Positions 24,389-34,258 of a stretch of 64,000 bases of DNA are shown here, piece by piece. A program made the translations under genes and the position numbers. The notes under the pieces were generated by a model that searched no databases, was not told the DNA's origin, and saw nothing but the letters and a program-made list of their open reading frames with translations. Each line of letters opens with the position of its first letter. Positions within the stretch are counted from its first letter, which is position 1. Source of the DNA: a virus (Duplodnaviria; Caudoviricetes); the IMG/VR virus record IMGVR_UViG_3300032135_000003, positions 1 to 64,000 of that record. One strand, given 5' to 3'.

Positions 24389-24919
24389 AGTTTTATATTA
24401 ATGTATCATTTATAGTGAAAGTTCTTGGAGTTAATTCTTTAAGTAAACTAAAAAACTGTTTGTACTTTTTTAAACTTTCATCTTTTTCCTTCTCTCTTGC
24501 CTTACTATGTTCTATATAGTAATTAATTAGAGACTCTCTTTCATTAGTCTCATCTAAATTTTTAATCGTTTCTATTGCCTTTACTAATCTGTTATCTCTT
24601 TGGTAATATGCCATTTTTGGTATTTGTTAATTATATATTATCTTGATTTTCCATTATCTTGTCTTTCTATTGGTTCTCCTTTTTTAAACATAACTAAAAG
24701 CGCATGCGCCTGATACACTGTTGCTACAACAACTAAAATTAAAAGAATAGTTAAAATTATATCAGTTACCATCTTTTTTAGTTTCATTTGACAACCTTTT
24801 TATCGTATACGCTTACAATACGATTCTTATCAACATCTTCCCAGTCCCAGTAATCATCAGACTCTTTCAATCTTTCAATAAACCAGTTTAAGCCTTTTGT
24901 ATCATCTGCTTTTATCATA

Positions 24920-25435
24920 CTATTTTATCTTTAACTCTTCCATTATAATTTGCTTTGGTAAGAAATTCCAACAATAGTATGCTGTACTAAATGTTATTTT
25001 ATTTTGTATCTCACCATTATTCATAAACTTCATACGTTTATCAAACATCAAAAGCTGTAAGTCTTTGTCTTTAAACAGTTTCTTGGGTGCTGCGTCATTT
25101 AGCCACAAAATTGGAGATAGCATCGCAAACGGTTTTTCAAATGATAGAGTTTTTTCAAAGAATTTTCGCTTGTTTGTAAATGGTGCATTACTAATAATTA
25201 TGTCCCAGTGATCTTTAGGTTCCCACTTAAAAAAGTCTTGTCCTGTATCTATATGGCTGTGTACAACAGTATTTTGTTTGCTTATTTGTTTTACAAACTC
25301 ACTATCTGATCTATCAAATGGACACCATACAACAGCTCCTTTAGGTATATACTTTAAGATAGGCTCTACCCCATAGTCTAAAGTGAAGCATTCGTCATTC
25401 TTACCTTTTGAATATAAGATGTCTTTACTTTCCAT
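24920..25435 (-). CDS. Small DNA amino-methyltransferase-like protein
   Basis: DECFT, VWCPFD, GQDFF, IISNAPF (NPPF variant). Confidence 0.7.
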   Translation of the reverse strand: MESKDILYSKGKNDECFTLDYGVEPILKYIPKGAVVWCPFDRSDSEFVKQISKQNTVVHSHIDTGQDFFKWEPKDHWDIIISNAPFTNKRKFFEKTLSFEKPFAMLSPILWLNDAAPKKLFKDKDLQLLMFDKRMKFMNNGEIQNKITFSTAYYCWNFLPKQIIMEELKIK

Positions 25436-26551
25436 TATATCTCTGTATTTGTAATTTTACCATAGCTTCCAAATGCCCATACTAAGAATATAAATATTCC
25501 TAAAAATATACCTACTGCTATTACTAATAGAAATATTATAAATCCCATCTGTCCTGCTTATGAAACATTCTTTCTATAGCTCTCCATATTAAAAACAGTC
25601 CAAATACTACAATTACAAATTCAGAAATTGTTTTTACATGGATAATCAACCACAGTCCTATAAAGATGTGTATTAAAGGGTATATCCAAGTATAAAGTAT
25701 TTTCATGATTTTAAAGTTATATTTGTTCCCTGTACTTTATTAAATTCACCTAACTGTCTTATAATCAAGGCACACATATTATAATACTCCTTTTTTTGAA
25801 AAAACTGTAAAGCTATCTCTGTATATTCTTTTCCCAGCTGAAATAACATTTGTTCATAGTTTTCTGTCTCAACTAAAAGTATCAATAGTTTAATTGTTTC
25901 CTCATCAGGGAATATATGTAAATCTTTTTCCTTAGTCTTCGTAAAATTGGTTATCTCCGTCTTCCAACTCATAGTTAACGTCTAAATTTAGTATTTCTTC
26001 GTTCATTTCGTAATACCGTGAGAACTCTTTCTTATCTGATTTCCAATCACCTTTCATTTCAGGAAACATCTCTAATAATTCTTCTGTCTGAATTAGTACC
26101 TCATACTCTGCCTTTATATTACTTCTGTCCCGCATATACATTGTCTTTAAGCTTGTTGTACAGACTAATATAATCTGATTCAGTTAGGGTCTTTGGTATT
26201 CCATCAATTTCATAAACAACAGTGTCTTTACCTTTAGTCTCATTTATCATAATGGCTTTAATAAAGTGCTTTGTAGACTTAACTCTCTTTCCAGTTTCTG
26301 CATCATCTGAATAAGAAGGTCTACTCTCGTGGGATAGATACGTACATTGTTTTCCTAAGTCTCTCTTTATCTTATTAATGTGGAAGTGATGAAAGTTCAT
26401 TTCTATCATCGTATCCATCTTAGAGTTTTGCATACCATCAATCTGATGCAGCATGCTTTTGTTATTTGAAGTTGTGTTCATAGTGTTTTTTATTTCTTTT
26501 ACAAATATAAGGCAAATTATAATACTATGCAAATATTCTGTTAATTATATC

Positions 26552-27127
26552 TTAATTAGTTTCAAGTAACATCTTTTCTTTGCCCTCCTCTAAAACTTTA
26601 TCTTTAAATAAAAGGTATCTTTCTTTTGCTATTTTAAATACGGGCATTAAAACTCTGGTAGAATAATCCTTATCGTAGTTAGCATGACATTGGTTCTCCG
26701 AGAAAATTCCGCAGAGGTATAAAATGTTTAAATCCTCCGTAGCAACAGATTTATATTTACCTTTAGAAAGTGAATGGGCAATTTCATCAACCCCTGTTCC
26801 CCTGAGCTTATCTCCACAGTTCTCACATACTTTCTTTTCATTGATAACTATTTGTATATGTTTTATAAAAAAGTCTCCATAACCCTCTCTATCAGCTTTA
26901 CGTTTCTCCATACCTTTCTTTGTAAACTTCTTTATAGGCTTGTTAGAAGATTTTATGGGAGATTTCTTTAGAACAGTTTTATTCTCTGTGTACTTATTAA
27001 GTTGTTTTGCATGTAGAGGGCAGCAACTTTTTCCAAAGTGCTCACTATCCTTGTTCTTAATCTTTGATCTAATAGAGCCTGTCCACTGACAGTCTTCTAT
27101 ATCACATTTGTATGTCTTATTTTTCAT
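26552..27127 (-). CDS. Zinc-binding HNH/NinG-like nuclease
   Basis: CENCG...EIAH...LC...CHANYD. Confidence 0.5.
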   Translation of the reverse strand: MKNKTYKCDIEDCQWTGSIRSKIKNKDSEHFGKSCCPLHAKQLNKYTENKTVLKKSPIKSSNKPIKKFTKKGMEKRKADREGYGDFFIKHIQIVINEKKVCENCGDKLRGTGVDEIAHSLSKGKYKSVATEDLNILYLCGIFSENQCHANYDKDYSTRVLMPVFKIAKERYLLFKDKVLEEGKEKMLLETN

Positions 27128-27141
27128 AACTCTTGGGTATA

Positions 27142-27170
27142 AAAAAACCAGGTAGTCCAGTACCTGGTTT
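27142..27170 (-). terminator. Intrinsic terminator after the tRNA-like RNA
   Basis: ACCAGGTA-CTGGAC-TACCTGGT-TTTTTT. Confidence 0.75.
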
Positions 27171-27207
27171 CAATTCTAAAAAACAAACCTGCTATGGAAG
27201 GCAGCAG

Positions 27208-27342
27208 TGGAGAGGGCAAGACTCGAACTTGCATTTGTCAAGCTATTATTATACTTTATTACGTAATTAAGTACTTTTATTCACCTATCATTCAATCGTG
27301 GTTGCAAACTCCACAGCGGCTAACCAGTTTCGCCACCTCCCC
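27208..27342 (-). ncRNA. tRNA-like RNA (135 nt) with G3-U70 acceptor stem and expanded central region
   Basis: GGGGAGG/CCTCTCC-A acceptor, TGGCGAAACTGGTTAGCCGC D-arm, GCAAG-TTCGAGT-CTTGC T-arm. Confidence 0.65.
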
Positions 27343-27500
27343 ATTTGCCGTCTTTCCGAGCTGTAAGAATTGTTTAGGTACTGTTGGAGAATTTCTTTCT
27401 CCGCATAGCTGACTTACCCTTCAGCGAGACCCTTGTTGCAGCCCCGTCTCGACTTCTATAACTGCATCGGGATAATCATAATACGTTGATAACCAACAGA

Positions 27501-28199
27501 TTAGAACGGCAATTTATCATCCTCTTCTTTTTCCTCTTTTGCTTTCTCAGCTACTGCTGTAGCTTTTGTAAGTGGTTGAGTAGCTTTTACTGGCTCAGGC
27601 TTTGTAGTCTCAGCAGGGCTGTCAAACTTGTGTTCTACCTCTTTTTGAACAGCATAATAGAACTCTGTCTGTGGTGTAAAGTCCCAAACAGTTTCCCCTG
27701 CCACTTCTTTTTGAGTAGGTTTAGGCACATCATTAAAATGTATATACCCTGTAGTAGGTGATTTGTTATCATCTGTCTTTTCCCTGTCTAAATAGTTGAT
27801 ATAAATATTAAGGTTTTCATACGTCTTACCGTTCTTTCCTACGGACTCTGACCTTACTGCGGCTAAAGAAACCCTCTCTCCTGTATCTAATCCTCTCATA
27901 GCACTAAGAAGAGCTTTAGACTCATCTGTATACCCACCTTTGTTTCTAACGTTCATAGAAACTTTGTTCACTGTGTCCCCATCTTCTAAAGATAGTTCGA
28001 GAAACTTAAGAGTTCTTCCTTCATAGGTAATTTCTCTTACACCAAACTCTTTTGGAATCCCCTCCACTTTATCATGGTACTGGTGATAAGTTTTTTTACC
28101 CTCACCATAAGTTACTTCCTCATATCCGTCTGTTGGTACTTTTTCCTTAAGATAGAGCTTCCCTTTTCCTTTACTAATACTAAAATTTCTGTACGTCAT
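27501..28199 (-). CDS. Putative single-stranded DNA-binding protein
   Basis: Beta-rich core, flexible linker, acidic tail ending EEDDKLPF. Confidence 0.65.
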   Translation of the reverse strand: MTYRNFSISKGKGKLYLKEKVPTDGYEEVTYGEGKKTYHQYHDKVEGIPKEFGVREITYEGRTLKFLELSLEDGDTVNKVSMNVRNKGGYTDESKALLSAMRGLDTGERVSLAAVRSESVGKNGKTYENLNIYINYLDREKTDDNKSPTTGYIHFNDVPKPTQKEVAGETVWDFTPQTEFYYAVQKEVEHKFDSPAETTKPEPVKATQPLTKATAVAEKAKEEKEEDDKLPF

Positions 28200-28637
28200 T
28201 TTACTTTTGTTTTACTTTTGTTGTTAATTTACTTTTTATTTTTACCCATAATTCTAAGGCGGGGTAATACCATTTATTCTTTAATATAATTTCTTCTATC
28301 TCATTTAAAGATTGTTTTACAATAAAGTTTTTGCCTGAGTCCAAGAACACTGTGCAGCCATCCTTCGGTTTATCATGCTCGATAATAAGGTCTATACTAT
28401 CTTCTCTTACACTTGCAAAACCCTCTACCTTTTTGTAATCCTCATCTTTAAAATCTAGCGTATCAGTACCGCCTTTTTCAGGATTAGGCAAACCTAACTT
28501 TTCCCAGAAGTCCTCTTTGTCATCAAAAGACTCGTACTCTACTAATCTCTTTTCGGCTTCCTCTGTTAAAACTTCTGATACAACTGTTAATCTTACCATA
28601 CAAATATACGATTTTTATTTTAATATACAATACTATT

Positions 28638-29525
28638 TTACTTTTTATTTTTCAACTGCCAGTATAGCATCATTGAATTACAAGCATAGGCGGTTAAATG
28701 TCCTAGTATCTCTTTACCGTCATCAAAATTACCTTTCATAACTTCTACGTGATGCCTATTTTGTGCTTGAATTAGTTTTTCTATATCCATAGGTTTCTTC
28801 CAGTTATAGGGGGGATATTTGTCTTTCTTATTGTCTTGCATCCTCTGTGCCATAGCCTCTATAAATTCCCAGTCTAACTCGTAGTTTAGTTTTCCATCTT
28901 CCTCTTTGATACCTTCTTGCTGAGCTTTCTTATTAGGTGTTTTTTGCTTTGAAGTATCTATAATGTATACTCCACAATTTAAATCCTTCTCTGTACTATA
29001 TGTTTTCTTTAACTCTCCTGTAAGTGTTTTTATCCACTTATCTAACATCTTCTTCATATCCTCATCAGAAAGTCTCACATAATCAGGTAAAGGTATATCT
29101 ACCGTAGATTTCTTCTCTATAAGACCAGGAAATTTTATACCTTCATAATTAAATGTAGTTGAGGTTTCATAGCGAAGCATATCATCTAATTTCTTTTGTA
29201 TATTTTTTTGAGTCTCTGATACTACCTCATCACTAAGAAGTTTTTTACATAAAGACAAACAATGTACAATTTCTAAACAAGTTTTAGATCTACATTCATC
29301 TTTAGCTTTAGGTGTTTTATAAGTATACCAAAAACTTTTGGGTTCAATACCTCCCCAATCTTCTTCACCTGCATTTACATAAATAGAATCCTCATAAGAA
29401 TGTAGTGAAGCTCTGCCTGTATTTTTATAGCCAAAAGCCTCTAAATCTTTTTCAATGTATTTTAAATCTTTGTTTTTTGACACAAAGGAAAAATGTTTAT
29501 ATACCATATTCATATTTTTTATCAA
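28638..29525 (-). CDS. Protein with C-terminal dATP/dGTP diphosphohydrolase-like (DUF5664) domain
   Basis: GIKEEDGKLNYEL...KYPPYNWKK...HLTAYACN. Confidence 0.6.
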   Translation of the reverse strand: MIKNMNMVYKHFSFVSKNKDLKYIEKDLEAFGYKNTGRASLHSYEDSIYVNAGEEDWGGIEPKSFWYTYKTPKAKDECRSKTCLEIVHCLSLCKKLLSDEVVSETQKNIQKKLDDMLRYETSTTFNYEGIKFPGLIEKKSTVDIPLPDYVRLSDEDMKKMLDKWIKTLTGELKKTYSTEKDLNCGVYIIDTSKQKTPNKKAQQEGIKEEDGKLNYELDWEFIEAMAQRMQDNKKDKYPPYNWKKPMDIEKLIQAQNRHHVEVMKGNFDDGKEILGHLTAYACNSMMLYWQLKNKK

Positions 29526-29711
29526 ACCGTTCTTTAATTTGTTTTATTACCGAATTCATATCCCATGTATTCATCATACACCATTGTTGGAATTTCATGA
29601 CAAACTGTATTGAGTTAACTCTACTTCCACCCGACTCTAAAAAGTACTTGTGTAAAAAGTCGTAGTCGCTTGTTTTTTGACTCCTTAAAGCCTTGTAGGT
29701 ATCTTTATTCA

Positions 29712-30365
29712 TTATTTCAAATAATCAATGATCTTATTAATATCTTCATTTCTGTGATTTTCAGTAAGTTCTATCCAGCCTACCAACCCTGAGTCTCTTA
29801 ATTTCTGAATAGTATAATAACAAGAGTCTTTGTTAATACTTTTATGAATCTGTTCTTTACTAATAGTAAAAATCATTTTACTGTCTTTTCCAAGTCTAGT
29901 TAAAATCTCTACAAATTCCCTATAAGTTAAATCCTCCCCTTCATCAATGACCATAACAGCACTACAGATAGTTCTGCCTTTGATCTTCCCATTGTATTGA
30001 ACTTTTATGTCCCCCTCCTTCAACATCTTATCTGTTGTAACTTTAGACTGACAAGCATTCATATTATCTAACATTGGCTGAGTCTCAAGCATTAGCTTCT
30101 CTTCTAAAGTGCCCGGAAGTGCTCCGAGAGCTTTGTCTGGAATAAAAGGTCTTGATAATACAATCTCATTAAATTCCTTTTTTCTAAAAGCTTTAATAGC
30201 AGCAGCAACAGCTCCTAAAGTTTTCCCTGTGCCCCAAATTCCCTCTACAAAGACTACATCATACTCATAGAGTAAAGTAGATATTTCTTTTTGCTCAGGG
30301 TGTAAAGTAATAGATAGGCGAGGTTCATTTTTTAACAGTCTTTTATCTTTATTCTCTTTAGCCAT
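29712..30365 (-). CDS. phoH: PhoH-family ATPase
   Basis: GIWGTGKT, LSRP, LGALPGTLEEK, KGRT, IDEGED, LTRLGKDSK. Confidence 0.9.
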   Translation of the reverse strand: MAKENKDKRLLKNEPRLSITLHPEQKEISTLLYEYDVVFVEGIWGTGKTLGAVAAAIKAFRKKEFNEIVLSRPFIPDKALGALPGTLEEKLMLETQPMLDNMNACQSKVTTDKMLKEGDIKVQYNGKIKGRTICSAVMVIDEGEDLTYREFVEILTRLGKDSKMIFTISKEQIHKSINKDSCYYTIQKLRDSGLVGWIELTENHRNEDINKIIDYLK

Positions 30366-30436
30366 ATTTAACTTTTTGTTTTTATAAAGTTACAATTTTA
30401 TTAACACTTAACCAAACATATTTAGACTTTTTTATT

Positions 30437-31456
30437 TTACACTTTTATAAAATCCATTGTAATGTTAAGTTCTCCTCTAAAATACCTTTTTAGTTTACTA
30501 TATTCTATCCCATAAATGTCTGAAATTTGTTTAACCTCCTCATAATAAATACCGTCTTTTACAGATAAATAATAGCTAAAATCACCCTGTCTTCTTTGTA
30601 TGCGTCTTATTTGATACTTAGCGTATAAATCAACACCACTCTCATAATCTTCTAAAAACATATAATCTGTGTTATTAGGATTATCCCCTTTTAATTTAGC
30701 ATATAAAGCTTTATAATTTAAATTATGCTCCTTACATATATCTCTTATTATTGAAGGCTCTTTTGTTTTTATATTAATACACTTTTTTGAATTACTCTGA
30801 GCTATTTTTTCTACAATATATTCCTCTCTCTTTTTACCTCTGTGGGGGTGTTTATCACTCAACATAACATCCCTGATTTTTTGTTTTTGATCTTCACTAA
30901 GTTTTCTACCATAGCTAGGATGAGCTTCACCTGTTCTGCCATACATAGGATGATCTTTGCCTTTGACTTTTCTGAGACCCCTCATAAATTCTGCTTGACC
31001 TTCTTTGTTTTTAAAAGTCTCAGACATATTTTTTCTCCAAGAATCTACATCTTCTTTTGATCTACCCTCTCTCCAATCCTTTCCATACATCGGGTTATTC
31101 TTACCTGACATTTGTTTTGATAACTTCTCTCTCCTCTCTTCTGATATAACTCTCGGTAATACGTCTGTCTCGGTTAAAACACAATTCAAGCCGTTCTTTC
31201 CTAAAACCTCGTAATAATCTTGCCAGTACCTTTCACGAATATTCATTTCTTCAAACTCACACTTCTCTATAATCTCAAAGGTGTGCTCATCCCATCCATA
31301 TTTTTCTACAGAGTGTTTAACTCTAGGTTGATATTTATAGCCCCTTCCATTTCTGTAAGAGTTTCTTCTACTTGATAAATTTCTACTTTGTCCAATATAA
31401 ATTTTTCCTGTGGGGCTGGTTATTTTGTAAATACCACAGACCTTCTTGTATGCCAT
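30437..31456 (-). CDS. GIY-YIG homing endonuclease with NUMOD3-like repeats
   Basis: GIYKITSPTGKIYIGQS; NPMYGK/HPMYGR/HPSYGR repeats; free-standing with its own promoter. Confidence 0.9.
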   Translation of the reverse strand: MAYKKVCGIYKITSPTGKIYIGQSRNLSSRRNSYRNGRGYKYQPRVKHSVEKYGWDEHTFEIIEKCEFEEMNIRERYWQDYYEVLGKNGLNCVLTETDVLPRVISEERREKLSKQMSGKNNPMYGKDWREGRSKEDVDSWRKNMSETFKNKEGQAEFMRGLRKVKGKDHPMYGRTGEAHPSYGRKLSEDQKQKIRDVMLSDKHPHRGKKREEYIVEKIAQSNSKKCINIKTKEPSIIRDICKEHNLNYKALYAKLKGDNPNNTDYMFLEDYESGVDLYAKYQIRRIQRRQGDFSYYLSVKDGIYYEEVKQISDIYGIEYSKLKRYFRGELNITMDFIKV

Positions 31457-31466
31457 TTTACTATAA

Positions 31467-31566
31467 ATGCAGAAACCCTTTCTCTGAAGTTACCGCCAAG
31501 TAAAACTAAAGAAAAAGGGTTCTATATAAATATTTCCTGAATCTTGGCGGATTTACTACAAAGATA
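31467..31566 (-). promoter_or_regulatory. Promoter and structured 5' leader of the GIY-YIG gene
   Basis: CAAAGATA 31559; 5' CCGCCAAG complementary to CTTGGCGG in the loop of a long hairpin. Confidence 0.55.
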
Positions 31567-31614
31567 GTAATAAAGCCTAAGTGTTAAAAATTTGTTAACT
31601 CTGCCTTGATAAAT

Positions 31615-32115
31615 TTAATCTGTAAAGTCTGTATTTGATCTATACCATTTTCCTGCTATGTGACTATTATAATACTTACCCTCCTGTTCTAGTACACTTT
31701 CACAAAAGAGATGTTTATTTTCCCAATAATTTAACATAGAGGCTTTTTTAACAAACCTTAATATATATCTAGTAACAACTGCTCCATTTTTTATATCTTC
31801 TTTAAGCATGTCATTTGAACCATAATAGCCCATAAATCCATTATCCTCTACACTTTCTTCATAGTAAATCCACTCCCCCTTTTTTCCACCTTTTTTAGAT
31901 TTATATTTTCTAAGCTTTCTTTTATCGGGGTAAGTTTTTAGTTCCCTGGAACCTATAATACGTTTCTTATTTCTCCAAATTAACTTTTGACCTATATACT
32001 CCTGATACCTTCCTCCAGCCACACAAAGGCAGTATATTATGCCGTCATATTCTTTGTACTGTTCAGGTACGTCTTCTATACTTTGTATTGTCTCACCATT
32101 ATATTGCCAACTCAT
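31615..32115 (-). CDS. Short GIY-YIG-like nuclease
   Basis: GIIYCL...YIGQK...YYGS...YYN. Confidence 0.6.
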   Translation of the reverse strand: MSWQYNGETIQSIEDVPEQYKEYDGIIYCLCVAGGRYQEYIGQKLIWRNKKRIIGSRELKTYPDKRKLRKYKSKKGGKKGEWIYYEESVEDNGFMGYYGSNDMLKEDIKNGAVVTRYILRFVKKASMLNYWENKHLFCESVLEQEGKYYNSHIAGKWYRSNTDFTD

Positions 32116-32135
32116 TATTGGGGGATGTTTTTGGG

Positions 32136-32489
32136 TTACTTGTTGTATGTTCCTTCTACTTCTCTTTTTAAGCGGTCTATTTGCCTGTGTCTAAGCCAGT
32201 GTAAGGCTTCTTCTAACTTGGTTATAACAATAGCGGTTTCTCTGCTTGGAACTAATTTGTTTTTAAGCTTCAAATCATAGATCATAACACTCATCAAATG
32301 CTCGTGCAAAGTGCCCACCCTTTTTTCAACATCTACATCATTAATCTTAGAGCCCCTAACAAAGTGTAAAACCTGTGATTCCTCCTCTAACTCAACAATA
32401 CCTTTACCGTCTACAACTTCATATACTGGAAGTTCATAAGTTGTACCTTCTTCTACTATGTAGAAATGCTCTTTTAAATCTATATTCAT
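32136..32489 (-). CDS. Tad1/Acb2-like anti-defence sponge protein (start likely MNIDLK)
   Basis: GTLHEHLM...SRETAIVITKLEEALHWLRHRQIDRLKREVEGT resembles the Tad1 C-terminal hairpin signature. Confidence 0.7.
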   Translation of the reverse strand: MNIDLKEHFYIVEEGTTYELPVYEVVDGKGIVELEEESQVLHFVRGSKINDVDVEKRVGTLHEHLMSVMIYDLKLKNKLVPSRETAIVITKLEEALHWLRHRQIDRLKREVEGTYNK

Positions 32490-33014
32490 AATTTTTGTTT
32501 TATTTAATAGCTTCTGTGAAATCCATATAGTATTCCTTTCCAATTTTAAAGAAGCTGGCGGCAGGTACTTCCCCGTGAATTGCTACTTCTAAATTTCCAG
32601 ATGGTGTAGCGGTATTGAAGTCTTTATTTTCATCACTTCCATCCATAACTGGCGTCATCCTTACTTTTTTATCCCACTCATTTTCTTCAATGGAATTACA
32701 TCTAAACTTTGCTCTTACTGTTTTCATAATTTTTGTTTTAATTGTTTATTATTCTTTTACACAAGACTTTGCTTGCTCGTTATTATTTTCACCATTAATT
32801 TTTCTTAAAGCGTCCCATATTTGGAATTGCATATATGCTAACTGACTACAAAGTTTTTCGTGTCCAAAACTTTTTATATAGTCTTTAAGTTCTTCCTCTT
32901 GAAAAGACCCCTCTGCTTCTCCAATTTCATAATAAGATACATCGGTATCTGTAACATAACTTACTGTTGCTAATTTTTTTCTTTCTGCTCCCATTGTATT
33001 TATGACTTAATTAG

Positions 33015-33193
33015 TAAAAAAGTTCTTTACCTACTTTCAGTTATAGGATATTATTACCGTCTATCAACTCACACCAAAATTGACGGCAGGATTGGTCACT
33101 TAATAACACATCTTAAATAAACAATAGCTTGTGGTGTACACTCATTTACTCCCCACACAGGGTACTACTATTTATATTAAATCAAAGAACTTT
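33015..33193 (-). ncRNA. Candidate structured non-coding RNA
   Basis: ORF-free; ends AAAGTTCTTT/AAAGAACTTT pair; internal pseudoknot and hairpins. Confidence 0.4.
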
Positions 33194-33570
33194 AGTCTAC
33201 TCTTCTATTACTTCTATTATAACTTTAATTTTCTTAAGCCCTATAATATAGGAATAATCTGTTCTCCCATTAACAACATCGTCTGATAACAGAAAGTCTA
33301 AATTATTTTTAAATATTTCTTCTATACTTCTCATATTATTTTTTTATTAGTAAGTCTAAAAAGTTCTTTGCCCCGTCATTACATATCTCATGAGTATCAA
33401 GATTGCCAAAATCTATATAAGACCGTGCTTCGGCTTTTCTCATAAATTCGTCATAAATAGACATAGCTATATTTGCTTGCCAAACATAGTAATAACTACC
33501 CTCAGACTTATCTTTTTCAAACTCCTTAGTTAATCTCTCAACCGCTTGTTTAACTGTTATTTCTTCCATG

Positions 33571-34257
33571 TTATTCTTTCTTTAATTCAACCGCAAGTGC
33601 CGCTTCCCCTTGCATGTCTAATAGCTTCTCCATGTCATCAAAACTTATGTAGGCGTATCCATTTCGACCCCAAGATTTGCTCCATGAATTCTTAATTCTA
33701 AACAGCTTCTTTTTAGTATTTATACCACAAAGCAAATATGCGTGTCCTCCCATAGGTTGTCCTGTAGCAGTTATAAGACCATCTTCATTTGGAAAGAACA
33801 TGTCATAAAACCAGTACGTTCCTACTACAACTGGGGCAACAGTCAAAACAGCTAATATAAGTTCATCTATATTTTGAGTCCACCTGTATTCTGATATATA
33901 CCCTTCTCTCTGTAGTATCTTAGCTCCTGCTCTAACTGAGGTTCCATCGTATTGCTCTCCAGGCCAAGAGTCATTCTTTTGACACTCATTATATAACCAA
34001 GTAGGGTTTAAAACAGGCGGTTCTTTGTGGTTCTGGGTAACTGACCCCCCTTCTAACCAGTGCAACCATGCATAAGATACGCATTGGCTTGTGGCTTTTT
34101 GATCTCCCCACCAATCTTGCCCCCAGTAGTATTTAAAATGTCTTTTGGGGGCTTTTACTGGAAGCATTGCTTTCATAGGAAAATTAGCATCCCTTTCATC
34201 TGGGATATAAATTCTTCCTAACTTCTCTTTTAATTTGTCTAAATCTTTTTCTGGCAT
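33571..34257 (-). CDS. Papain-like (C1) cysteine peptidase
   Basis: DQKATSQCVSYA, GGHAYLLCG, IKNSWSKSWGRNGY. Confidence 0.9.
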   Translation of the reverse strand: MPEKDLDKLKEKLGRIYIPDERDANFPMKAMLPVKAPKRHFKYYWGQDWWGDQKATSQCVSYAWLHWLEGGSVTQNHKEPPVLNPTWLYNECQKNDSWPGEQYDGTSVRAGAKILQREGYISEYRWTQNIDELILAVLTVAPVVVGTYWFYDMFFPNEDGLITATGQPMGGHAYLLCGINTKKKLFRIKNSWSKSWGRNGYAYISFDDMEKLLDMQGEAALAVELKKE

Positions 34258-34258
34258 G

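Noticed and set aside
27194-27412. 72-aa plus-strand ORF
   Set aside because: Antisense to the tRNA-like RNA
27390-27470. Hammerhead, twister or HDV/theta ribozyme
   Set aside because: No CUGANGA core (CTGAAGG instead), and the pseudoknot lacks the HDV P3/L3 elements
30437-31456. Group I intron hosting the GIY-YIG gene (likewise 52377..54059)
   Set aside because: Flanking genes are complete and each nuclease has its own promoter, so both appear free-standing
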